Source of the DNA: Antedon mediterranea
Taxonomy: Eukaryota > Animalia > Echinodermata
NCBI RefSeq assembly: GCF_964355755.1
Contig: NC_092674.1
Span: 14,012,001 to 14,076,000 of the forward strand
Length of the DNA: 64,000 nt
Reading direction: 5' to 3'
Shown: piece after piece, positions 24,050 through 36,392 of the stretch
Layout of the letters: each line of letters starts with the position of its first letter
Position numbering within the stretch: position 1 is the first letter of the stretch
Made by a program: the position numbers and the translations under genes
The notes under the pieces: model-generated
Told to the model about the DNA's origin: nothing
The model's input: only the letters and a program-made list of their open reading frames with translations
Database searches by the model: none

Positions 24050-26080
24050 TATTTTAAGTAAAACATTTATCAAAATAAGTATTTTTAAGAATATTAAAAT
24101 AGAATTGACTTCAATTCAAGCAAAAATAGTCTTGATAGGATATAGTATGATATTGACTTCTTATCTTACAGTAAGTAAAACATTTCTCAAAATAAGTATT
24201 TTTTAAAATATTGCGAATCTCAATTTAAGCAAAAATAGTCTTGATAAGATAGTATGATATTGACTTCTTATTTTAAGTAAAACATTTCTCAAAATAAGTA
24301 TTTAAAAAAATATTGCGAATCTTGATTCAAGTAAAAATAGTCTTGATAAGATAGTATGATATTGACTTCTTATTTTAAGTAAAACATTTCTCAAAATCAG
24401 AATATTGCGAATCTGAATTCAAGCAAAAATAGTCTTGATAGGATAGTATGATATTGACTTCTTATTTTAAGTAAAACATTTTTCAAAATAAGTATTTTTT
24501 TAAATATTGCGAATCTCAATTTAAGCAAAAATAGTCTTGATAAGATACTGTAGTATGATATTGACTTCTTATTTTAAGTAAAACATTTCTCGAAATAAGT
24601 ATTTTTAAGAATATTGCGAATCTTGATTCAAGTAAAAATAGTCTTGATAAGATAGTATGATATTGACTTCTTATTTTAAGTAAAACATTTCTCAAAATAA
24701 GTATTTTTAAAAATATTGCGAATCTCAATTTAAGCAAAAATAGTCTTGATAATATAGTATGATATTGACTTCTTATTTTAAGTAAAACATTTCTCAAAAT
24801 AAGTATTTTAAAGAATATTGCGAATCTTGATTCAAGTAAAAATAGTCTTGATAAGATAGTATGATATTGACTTCTTATTTTAAGTAAAACATTTCTCAAA
24901 ATCAGAATATTGCGAATCTGAATTCAAGCAAAAATAGTCTTGATAGGATAGTATGATATTGACTTCTTATTTTAAGTAAAACATTTTTCAAAATAAGTAT
25001 TTTTTAAAATATTGCGAATCTCAATTTAAGCAAAAATAGTCTTGATAAGATAGTATGATATTGACTTCTTATTTTAAGTAAAACATTTCTCGAAATAAGT
25101 ATTTTTTAGAATATTGCGAATCTTGATTCAAGTAAAAATAGTCTTGATAAGATAGTATGATATTGACTTCTTATTTTAAGTAAAACATTTCTCAAAATAA
25201 GTATTTTTAAAAATATTGCGAATCTCAATTTAAGCAAAAATAGTCTTGATAAGATAGTATGATATTGACTTCTTATTTTAAGTAAAACATTTCTCAAAAT
25301 AAGTATTTTTAAGAATATTGTGAAACCTAATTTAAGAAACTTTGTCTTACCTAGAAAAATATTTATTGTTTTAAGTAATTTTTAGAATTCATCAATCTTG
25401 ATTTAAGAAAAATTATTCTTGATAGGGATAAATATAATATTGATTTCTTATTTTAAGTAAAATACTTTTCAAATTAAGTATTTTCTAATCTTGTTTTAAG
25501 CAAAACTATTCTTAATAAGAAGAGAATGATATTGACTTCTTATTTTAAGTAAAATATTTCTTGTAATAAGCATTTTCAAGAATATTGCGAATCTTGATTC
25601 AAGTAAAAATAATCTTGATAAGGGTAGTGTGAAATTGACTTCTTATTTTAAGTAAAATATTTCTCAAAACAAGTATTTTCAAGACTATTGCGAAACCTAA
25701 TTTAAGAAACTTTGTCTTACCTAGAAAAATATTGATTGTTTTAAGTAATTTTTATAATTCATCAATCTTGATTTAAGAAAAATTATTCTTGATAGGGATA
25801 AATATAATATAGATTTCTTATTTTAAGTAAAATACTTTTCAAATTAAGTATTTTCAAATCTTGTTTTAAGCAAAAATATTCTTAATAAGAAGAGAATGAT
25901 ATTGACCTCTTATTTTAAGTAAAATATTTCTTGTAATAAGCATTTTCAAGAATATTGCAAAACTTAATTTAAGAAAATGTGTCTTTTCTAGAAAATTATT
26001 TCTTGTTTTAAGTAATTTTAAATCTTGACAAGAAAAAAAATACTTATTTTAAGAATTTTTTCTTAAAACAAGATTTTTTT
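24050..26080 (+). repeat. ~102-bp tandem array at the right end of the EnSpm-like element, degenerating distally
   Basis: Unit ATTTTTAAGAATATTGCGAATCTTGATTCAAGTAAAAATAGTCTTGATAAGATAGTATGATATTGACTTCTTATTTTAAGTAAAACATTTCTCAAAATAAGT (e.g. 24601-24702). Confidence 0.95.
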
Positions 26081-26349
26081 TTCTTGCTTAGAATTTCAAA
26101 TTTTGCTGTGCGGTAATATGCAAATGATTACATCATACGTTAACGTTTACGTGCTCCTGCAAAAGCTCCCTATTAATAATATTACACCACAAAACAGAGA
26201 ACATATTATAATTTCACTTAACAAAAAAAAATAATAAAAGCGTGACACTGCGCTTCAAATGGGAACGTATTTGGAACGGTCTAACTTCTTCAAGATTCAA
26301 TCGACTCGCTTCGATTTGACGCTTAATATTTGACAATACAATAAGTACG

Positions 26350-26850
26350 TTTACCCAACTGAGAAAACGTAATTAATACATGCCAAATCATGAACCATGG
26401 CCCCTTAAGAAAGGGTTAAAGGTCAAATATATGTCCCACTGGACTTAATTAACATAATGAGTACAAATATGAAACCAGTCCGAAATTGTGTATTTTTAGA
26501 GTCTAACAAAAGATCCGTCATTCTTATGTGTCAACTCGTCCTGTACCTAGTACGCTTAAGAAAGCTATTAATTACCGCTAATTAACATTTTAATTAGCAT
26601 AATCGAGTACATCAATAGAACCCTCGGCAATACCCAACTGAGACAACGTAATTCTTCAGTGCCAAATACTGTACCATGGCCCCTAAGAAAGGTCAGTTTG
26701 TGTTGAAAAAAACTAATTATGCATAAATAGTAGCCTTAAAAAATGATAAAATATTTAAGTTCAGTGTCTACCAAAGATTTATCTTTCTTACATGGCAACT
26801 TCTGTCAACTTATTTCACTCAAGAAAACTGCTAATTAGCATATTAATGAT
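26350..26850 (+). repeat. Diverged ~280-bp tandem duplication in a non-coding repeat element
   Basis: ACCCAACTGAGA.AACGTAATT...GCCAAAT...ACCATGGCCCCT.AGAAAGG at ~26354 and ~26632. Confidence 0.6.
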
Positions 26851-27899
26851 GACTATATGTTATAAACGTATGCTATAGACTTATTTACTGTAGCATTAAC
26901 GCTCCTTAAAGATTATACGTTAAAAAGGCGTAGATACTTATTTAATCTAAAACTTTGGTGTTTTTTTTCCTAGATACAAACTATATAGATCTTTGCATTT
27001 TAAACATATTATAATGTATCCATACTTAAAATCATTCTTGAAAACCATGAAATCACGAGAAAGCGCATGCATGGACAGTGGGACTGCTTTTGGCAATCCT
27101 GCGCCTGTTTGGAGATCCCATCAGTTAAATCTATTAAATTGTTTTGAGTTATCATTAATAACAGCCTCTCATCATGGAAACTTTATATTTAAGAAAATGA
27201 GAACAAAATGTGTCTTGAAATCATATCTAGGTTATATTCCTTCCTCCCCTCTTGTATTTTATATATATATATATGTGAACTTTATTCAATCAATCGTACA
27301 TTTGTTATATTGGTAACCACAATAAGGTATAATATTACAGTAGATTTTTACAAAAACAAGACCAATATAAATATTAATTATTAAATATATACAATGATTA
27401 TTTACAGTAATGATAATAATAAAAATTAATTGTTTATATTGACTATTATTGGAAACAGAAGTTGAATAATAAAATACTGAAAAGTTTAATTAGAGGTTTA
27501 CAATCAATGAAAAAGATGAAAACATATAATATTGTATTGTATTCTCAGACCACATTATTCAATTCAATTAAATTTCTTTTTCTTTCGAAAATATCATCCA
27601 TATTAATAAACTTATAAACAGGAAGAAAATCGTAAACTCTAAACTTAAGTATATAGAATGCTTCTCCATCTACAATCCATTTTGGAGTTATGGAGCATAT
27701 GTTTGCAAACACAAGAAACAAGGATGTTACCACTACTACTACTCATCTTTCCTTATTTTAGCTCTCGTAATATAACATCGCATATGACTGTACTTGACTC
27801 TACGTCAGGAATAGACAATGAGTCGCTTTGTACGAAGAGGTGGACCTTTTTCATGATGTAACTGCTGCTGTCAGTATGCTGTTATTTACGTACCTATAG

Positions 27900-28340
27900 A
27901 GCAACACCTTCCCCGAGATTATGTGTACATTTAATGAAGAAAGAACAATACTTAAAACTGATACGTAAAAAAGGCGAGCGGCGTGTATTGTAATATTTTA
28001 GCTGAATTAATATTATCAACATGCACAAGTACCTTACATTGAATTCTACAATGAAAAGGAGTCCAATGGAAAAAAAGGGTCCTGCTCTAAAACGTATTGA
28101 CACCTCAAGTTATTTGGTAAGATCTTGCTTGAAGGTATCTAGTGCTTTAAAAGACAACGAAGTAAACTATCTTTGATAACTGACTTTCCAATGTCAATAT
28201 TAACCTTGACAAGGCACCGGTGTTCCGAATCATAATTTGTGAGAGGTACAACCGCCGTGCAGTTATCGACAGTACAGTCATCCTCGCTACAAATTACAGT
28301 ATCTATAATATGACCCGCATTGTGGTTGGTTCATTTACCT
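27900..28340 (-). pseudogene. Old LINE (L2/CR1-type) endonuclease fragment
   Basis: VNEPT/HNAGHIIDTVIC...YDSEHRCLV matches the PTH..GH.LD / SDH motifs of APE endonucleases. Confidence 0.65.
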
Positions 28341-28441
28341 ATATTATTACCGGCACGCCCATTAAATTGTAAAAGTGTTATTATTTTTTAATCACACTGA
28401 ATTATATAGCACCTGTTATTAATAATATTTGTAACACTTAC

Positions 28442-28540
28442 ATTGTTTGGAAGATCCACTTTAGCACCTGCCTTGAGCAAAATAGTGCAAACGTCTGTGT
28501 GGCCCTTTTCTGCAGCCACATTTAAAGGTGACCATCCATC
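28442..28540 (-). CDS. Ankyrin-repeat exon of host gene (99 bp, phase 0)
   Basis: tttcag|DGWSPLNVAAEKGHTDVCTILLKAGAKVDLPNN|gtaagt. Confidence 0.93.
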
Positions 28541-29915
28541 CTGAAATAATAACACACATCATGTTATAGAAGTAGTAGTATAGTCTTCTACAAAAAGCTA
28601 TTTAATATTGTATTGAAATCTTTTCGATGTGATCAAGTAAAACTAACTTTAAAGCCAGGTGAGGGCAAACAAATTCTATTGATCTAGCATTCCAATATCT
28701 ATAGTTTCCCCTATGTTTCATAATGTTAGTGATTTTATTTGTGTTACACGAGCTTTTTGAAAATATGCACTTTATTATCATGGGGATAGTTCAAATTACA
28801 CAATTAAATCTCTATTCATTTGTACACAAATGTTGTAAATAGAGAGGCAATTTAAAAAAAAAACTAAAAATAAACAGTGTGGTAAAAAATGTTATCAGAG
28901 GACTAAATATAGATAATACTTCATAGTTTTATTTTCATGCTGTAGCGAAAATTATCCACAGTAAATCCACAATCTTTTTTCACCTTCTATAGAGTCACCG
29001 GACATGTAATTACACTAGGTTAAACTACTTAACTACTGAAAAAAAGTCTTATTGGTTTTTATAGCTGAATTTTACCAAATTTTGTATTTGACCATTTTAA
29101 GGGAAATCCACTGGTTTTCGTCTTGATGTCTATTACAAATATTTGATTTATGTACAATTAACCAGATATTATATTTAAAATTCATGCCTGTACTTAAGCT
29201 TTAACTTAAATAAAGCTTATTAACTGTTGATGTTTTCTTTAAGATAATGTATTGTATATGCATGCATTTGTTTTGCTTGTATACTATTTTGTTATATAAT
29301 ACGGTACTTTTGTACGTAGCATTTATATATTGCAAATTTGGTAAGAAATTGTGGTCCTTAATATGAAAGACGGTACTAGTTCTGCTGCCAGTTATTTTGC
29401 TACAATTATCAAAGAACCTATAGATACAGCCTACTGATTGGGTAATAGAATACTGTAGTTTGATACGGTTAGTGTAATTTTGCGACGGTTGAAAACTTCT
29501 ACCTTTAAGATTTTTTGTTGGAGACATTGATATACGCACTGTCATATGGAACTTTTAAAGTTAAACAGCCCCAAATCATATATTATGATAAATTGGTGTT
29601 TGCGTTTGAACTGGCAGTTACGACTAAAATGATTCCAGGCCCCATAATATGTTCACATTTTGACTGCTAAATTCTTAACTATTGGTTTCATTTTGCTGTT
29701 ACTGGGAGAGGATACGTTTAAAAAAAAATGTTTTACCAAATCATTTGAATACGTCGATTCATATCCATTTTGTGCTATGCTATGATATACATAATTAAAT
29801 GACTTTCTCTCTGGCCTTCCGATTTAGGTGAAGTAGACATTATTTTATTATGACATACAGTAGTAACGTTCTACCGCTATTTTGTATTGAAGATAATCAT
29901 GTTGCTTTGTAATCA

Positions 29916-30050
29916 GTGCTACGAATCACCAACATCATTGATAGAGAACCAGATGTAAACAACAGACGCATCAGAGGTAATTTAGATCGGACGACGAGGA
30001 ACCCAAATCATCAACAGAGACAAAGGCATCCACCAACTCACATTGGCTCC
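29916..30050 (+). pseudogene. Penelope-like GIY-YIG endonuclease C-terminal remnant
   Basis: IIDREPDVNNRRIR.../..INRDKG..QL resembles the Penelope C-terminal ILDRE...R.IKEAI.I...NRD.G motif. Confidence 0.55.
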
Positions 30051-32292
30051 CTAGAGGTATATCAGTTTAAAAACATATTTTATTCTAAAGGAGCTGTCTA
30101 AGCAGGACTGCCAAGCAGGTTAGTTTCGCTAATTATTTTTTTTTTTTTCGAAAAGAATTATTAATTCACATCGTTACGTAAAATACAGAATGTACGTAAT
30201 CTCCGCGAAGCCATAACAATTATTTCATTACCATGTATATCTCACATCAAGTCGTCTTCTAATACTAATACCGGTACGTGTCATTTTTAATTCCGCTTGA
30301 ACAAATTATTCGCTTCACACTCAACATTTCATCCCCTCCACTTAAAAATCTACAATTCTGTTGTACAATTTCAAACATTCTTGTTTTGAAGATGTCGATA
30401 TCTTGTCGCCATTGCTTTAATCATTACTGCCTCGACTGTCAGTACTCTGTTAAATATCTAAAACTTCAGTGTCATCCAAAAAACATCTACACTTGCACGC
30501 TTACTTTACGCGGAAAATATTCGGACGGTTAGTTTAACACCTATTTCCCGTTTAAAAGTCGAAACTCATCTCATTGTAAGCTTTAATATCATGTACATAA
30601 ACAACACTGAATGTGTTTCACACTTGCTATATCACAGCATCTCGAACATCTTGACCTGGAGAGGTTCGTCAGAATCCTGTTTGAGCAGAACGATTTATAA
30701 CAATGACGTCACCTTTATACAATAGGACACCGGTTTTTGTAGAGAGTTCGAAATAGAAATGGTTAGGTTAGTCAGTGTGTGCTCTAAATTGAGCTGTTTT
30801 TACTTCACAATATCAAATACCTCAATTTGTTTAAAATCTATTTTTTGCGATCATTGATCGTTTTCAATTTTTAATATTGGTTCTGATTTTTAAACCATCT
30901 TGAGAACATTGTGAGCAGAGTTTGGATTTGATTTACGCATTATCTTTCTGAGCTTAATTGTTGAATCACGTACAGCTATTACTGCATCGGAAAATTTTGC
31001 ATATTAAAGTTTAACTAAAATACACCATAGTACCCTGTGTTATCGGAGAAATATTCGGGAAAATATTACACATCTGTAAGTGTAAGTGCGCAATCATATT
31101 GCTTATAATAACTTTGAAAGCACGCTTCGGTATTGCCAATCGCAATGGTTTAGAACAGGACGCCAAACTGTAAGATATAGCTTTAGGATTGGGTGCAGGT
31201 AGTGGTGGTAACTGCTGTAACATCAACAGGGCTTAATTTTAACGAGAACACGGGGTAACGACACATTTATCAAGAAAGACGCTCTTGATCATCATTTTTT
31301 AAATACGATGTATTTATAATTATATGGACCTCAACAAAATCCATCTAAAGTACCAGCAGCATTGGTTGACAAACCCTTAATATTCGATCACATACTGACC
31401 GTCATTAAGCTTTATAACCAGTCACATCAATGAGGAACTTAATTACACACTGCATTGTTTGCAAACTGGTAAGTAATACAACCCAACAACACTGTCATGA
31501 TGTAATTAGGAAAAGAAGGAACAAAATGGCTTCTTTCATTGAAACATCAATTTTAATTGATGTTTCAATAAAAATACATACAGGAGCTATTTTGGCTTGG
31601 TATTATGTACAAAAAGCCCTAGAAAACATCTTATTTTATTGTTTTAGTTTTCTTCAGAAATATAACTTTTGATTTCATATTTTAAACACGATATTTGTAT
31701 TCGAGTAGGCCTATTATAATACAGTATGTATAATTTTTCAATACAGGTAGTTTTTTTTTCTTTGTCTACTTGCTTAATTTCTGTTGCAAAACGCTGTGAT
31801 GGAAATGTTGCTTTCCACGTAAACGTACTGTAAGTGCAGATATTAGAGAGGTTTCGCAATCTTACGAATACGATAACGAAAACCTGCTGGAGTTTTGGAA
31901 AACCAAGAATGCGTAAAAAAAAATGATGCTTCAACATGCTTATGCGTGGGCTGAAGACAAAATATTAGGCCTAAATTGAATTGGCTTGTTTTTATTATAA
32001 TTTATAGTTTACTTAAAGTTATTATTTACACAATAAGTGAAAATATTTTGCTATAAAATTATGATTACGTTATTGTGAACCTTTTGTTATCGTTAAATTT
32101 ATAAACACAGTTCAACAATTGTTAACACGTATTTTATTCCTATTCATGTCAATCGAATTTCATTAAACTAAAATGTTTCGATTTCCCCTTTTTCTAGCAA
32201 ATCGGAATTGGAAAACCTTATTCTTGATGGTAATAATTATTATGTATGTATTATTACACTGTATAATCGATGAAGGAAACATTCATGTGTAA

Positions 32293-32297
<5 letters not shown>

Positions 32298-32376
<79 letters not shown>
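32298..32376. repeat. (TA)n microsatellite
   Basis: Pure dinucleotide run. Confidence 0.97.
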
Positions 32377-32378
<2 letters not shown>

Positions 32379-32879
32379 TCATCCGTTTAGTTTATCATTT
32401 ATTCAGTGTATAGGCTTCACTGGTAATTGTCTTAAAATAAGTGCAAAGTACAACAATTTAGACAAAACAGTACGGTATTCAGTACATTCAGTTCTTCAAT
32501 AACTGTTACGGAGCCTATTTGTACAAAAGATGGTGGACCGGTAAACGTACACCTTAAACACAGAATGGATCTTTTTTTTCATTTTGGAGGAGATGGTAAT
32601 AACAGTCCGTCGTCGTTTCAGCAAAGATATCTCCGAGTTGGAATAAGAAACAACAAAACATATCCATCTAGTGCACTGTTTTACGATGAAGTTATGTGGA
32701 GAAACCACTGTGATCTACTGTAGCTAAAGTAACCGATATTAGCTTCGATGGTTCACTATGGCAAGAAGCATTACTGTTTTTGATGATCAACTTTAGATAG
32801 CATGGTAACCAACGTGGTGATGTTGCAACATGTTAAGATGCATAGCCCTTAATGATTTATATGAAGTAGGATTTTCTAA

Positions 32880-33432
32880 AAAGAAATACTTCAATAAAGA
32901 GACATAATACTGTAGGTTGAAGGCTTGCAATTACCACCAACACAAAGCGTTACTGGAATTAATCAAATCCACAGGATAAAATAATGTTTGGAGTATCAAC
33001 CTTGACTTCAACTGATGGATGTGCTGTCTATAACGCAAAAGCTAAAGAGACCTATCATCCAACGTCATCTCTAAAGTGAAACTATTTGCCAATTATTGCA
33101 TTCATAACACAATTCTAAGTACTGAAGACGCTGGAGATTGCAAACAGACTTCGTAAGCGAACGAGAAAAAGGTGTTAAAATGCTACTAAATACTTCTCCG
33201 TGAGAGTTAAACACAGGAAGACACCAATCAATATAGGACATCCTTTCTAGTATTTGAACTCAGTCAAGTTAGATTGGTCAACCCATATAAGCCAAATCAC
33301 CAATAAAGCAAACAGAATACTAAGATTGCGAAACATAAATCTATATAGTACAATTGTAGTAGGAATATTAAACTTATAGCGTATAAATATCTTATTCGAC
33401 CTAAGCTTAAGTAATGTTTTGACGCTTGGCCA
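32880..33432 (+). pseudogene. Highly degenerate CR1-like RT remnant
   Basis: WSTHISQITNKANRIL...NCSRNIKLIAYKYLIRPKL at ~33274-33410. Confidence 0.6.
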
Positions 33433-33710
33433 AATCTCGAATCGGACATTTACAAGCTATATTTGCCGCTAAACACATAGCACAATAATACGAGGATGCT
33501 TCGATGCAACCATTAGCCTAAAAATGTTGTGATTTTATGGATTTTAGCACCGTGACCTCTGACTGCAGTTGATACTAATTGTTGCTTATTATTTTATTTA
33601 GCTTAGATATTATCCTATTATATGCCTAGAAGAATAGGAGTTAGGCCATGTTATATTATATAGGCCAGGAACTTTGTTAACGTTTGTGTTTTGTATGGTA
33701 AATACACATA

Positions 33711-34507
33711 CGCCCGTATTCTTAAACCGGACTTTAGTCGTAGTCCGAGCTAAAACTTGATGAATGACACCATTTTAATTCATAAACAAAACTTCAACTA
33801 AATCGGCGACAAAAACAGGCCAACCTCGACTAAATCGAGACGGATTTTGATAGATGGGGCAGGCTAAATCGCCGACTAAATGGTATTTAAACCAGGTTTA
33901 TAAAAAATATAACAGTCGTTGAGTTGTTATATTAGCCAGATATTGAAGAATGAAATATCTATTTTTATATTAGTTGAATTAAATATGCATTGGTATAATG
34001 TTGATGCAAATCATGTTTATTTACAACCGTATACAAATTACATAATTTTCTTCGCGCAAGTCCGCGATGGAACGTTTACAGCGCTTTCTTGTCACGCTAT
34101 GAAGTACGTGATTCGTCGCGATCATACTTTGTTGGAGGCCTATAAAATATGGAAGTTTTTGTTTGTTGTTAATGAAAAGTACTTTACTTTTAAATTAATA
34201 CTGATCTTGTTTCTATAATAAACGATTAAGATTATTTTTCATGTATAGTCCTGATGCGTATAAAGTTTTGTTATAACAAAATGGAAAGTGATATTAATGC
34301 GCAAAATTTCGTATTTTATCATTGGCCAATTTTAATTTATAATATTTATTAAAATAGCCTTTGTTACCCAAACGTGTTAAACTCGACTAAAGCTCGACTT
34401 CATTAAGTCGAACTACTTTTTTTATGAATCGAATTTGAAGTATTAGCTCGAACTAGTACTTTTTGAAGTCAAAGTTCGAACTACGACTAAATTTCGAATA
34501 ACGGGCG
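33711..34507. mobile_element. MITE (~800 bp), PIF/Harbinger-like
   Basis: CGCCCGT.TT...TTTAGTCGTAGT inverted at both ends, with internal CGACTAAA repeats. TA/TAA flanks. Confidence 0.65.
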
Positions 34508-35987
34508 TAAATGGCTATTTAACTTATATGGAGTAGGGAAATATATTATAAAGAACGTTTACCTTGGCAATAAGCAATTCAAAGTTGAATATTTTAAATG
34601 TGAACGTACCCCCCCCCCCCCCCACAAATTCATCAAATGTGCCATGACAAGGACAGTAATCGGTGATACCATACAAAACACACATTTAGCTTTGATTAAA
34701 TTTAATTCAATAGTTTGGTGTCATTTTATAACAAGTAATTTCCAGGGTTCGAATTGTATTCGATTAATAATTCAACGTGTCTGTATTATTTGTTCATGTC
34801 GACATGTATACTGTTGTACACACAGCCTTGCCTACACTTATTTATTTACGCCGAAATTTCACTACAGTTCAGTAGAACCTCTCCTTTGGAACTCCCCTAT
34901 TCAGGGAACGAGAACTCTGAATGCCAAAGAAACAACACTACAAAAGCAAACAGAAAAATGACTAAATATCCATCATTATTAATACTTTGGTACTTTCTCT
35001 GAGACGAAATTTTGTATTTTCATTTCTTCTAGATTTATTCAGTCAGTCCAGATCAATTATTAGGAGACAATTTTCGAAAGGTGAGGTTTCAAAGGTGACC
35101 TTTTATTAGGTGTTCTTTGTATTCTAAAACCATTTGCGGGCGCGACCTAGATGGTACGCGAGCGAATTGAGCAATGCATCTAGTATTATTAAATATCATC
35201 AACAAAATGATAATGTTACTACTGGACAAGTGGTGGCCAATATAAACATAATAATAACCACCAAATATAATTGTTATTATTGTTACTCACTCTACCCGAA
35301 GACAATTCCTTAACGAATAGGATAGAGCAAAGAAAAAGCAATGCACCAAACGTTGCCACTTTTAAGAATAAATTGAACACCATTAACAATTAATTTCGTA
35401 AAAGCATATTTTGTAATTGTTTGCTCTTTTTGGAAGTCAACAATACTGATAAAGATATATGTAACTTGTATTGTCATACTTTTGTGACGTCTTTTGTGGT
35501 ACCCAATACTTAGTTGCATATTTTCCACCTGTGGGTTGGTTTAAATAGACGATGTATTTGTAAAAGAAAAAGTTAGGTTGTGCACAACGAATGAATAAAG
35601 TGAACGGTACCAAGTAAGATGTATTGTGTATTTATATTCTAAGCATAACAATATAAGCACTGTATTACTTGTCTCGCTTTTTGCGTTTTTTCACGTTCGA
35701 ACATAGTATCGTTGACCTAAACGCAACTCTATTAAACTGTTCGCCGTGTGTCGCATTGATTGCAACACACTGCGTCGATTGCAAGGTAGCGAACGCTAAT
35801 ATAACGTAGGCTAATGTAAATTACATCAGGTTAAATTTGTCAATGCACCTTTTGAATTGGCGAGATATGAATGTTTACATATTATATTATTTGTATGGCA
35901 AATAAACACTTTAATTTGCGGAGATAGAAGTATATACAATTTCCAGATTTATTAATAGGTAAAATTAAAATACACTTTATTACTTAC

Positions 35988-36086
35988 GTTAGCTTGTAGA
36001 TTAACATCTGCACCTGATTCAATCAAGTTCTCGCAAACAGTGACATTGTTGTAATAAGCTCCATTGTACAGTGCTGTTTCACCTGT
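35988..36086 (-). CDS. Ankyrin-repeat exon of host gene (99 bp, phase 0)
   Basis: caatag|TGETALYNGAYYNNVTVCENLIESGADVNLQAN|gtaagt. Confidence 0.92.
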
Positions 36087-36392
36087 CTATTGAAAATATG
36101 TAAATAAAAACTTAAAAAATTATCATTTTTAAACGCCAAATATTGAAGAATAATGAATCATATGTCCAAATAACTAATTGTAATATGTATTTAAATGTAA
36201 TATTTTGTGTGATAGACACATTTGTTTTGTTTTTACATCTACATTATTTGCTCTGATATGAAGTCAATGAATAAGTTAAAGACATTTGCCATGTTTTTGA
36301 TTATTTTAAGAAAAAGGCAAACATAATAAAATATTTTCAATACTAATTGGGGATAGACAGGTAAATTAAATGCTTAAAAGTAAACGTTAAAT

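Larger units (their letters stand above)
17035..26110. mobile_element. EnSpm/CMC-like DNA transposon (9.1 kb, internally deleted) with satellite-like subterminal arrays
   Basis: Ends CACAGCAAAATT... and ...AATTTTGCTGTG, flanked by CG on both sides (2-bp TSD). Internal transposase-like and accessory-gene exons. Confidence 0.85.

Noticed and set aside
24516-25297. ORFs with repeated KIRSQYHTILSRLFLL peptides
   Set aside because: Translation of the 102-bp satellite; no independent coding evidence.
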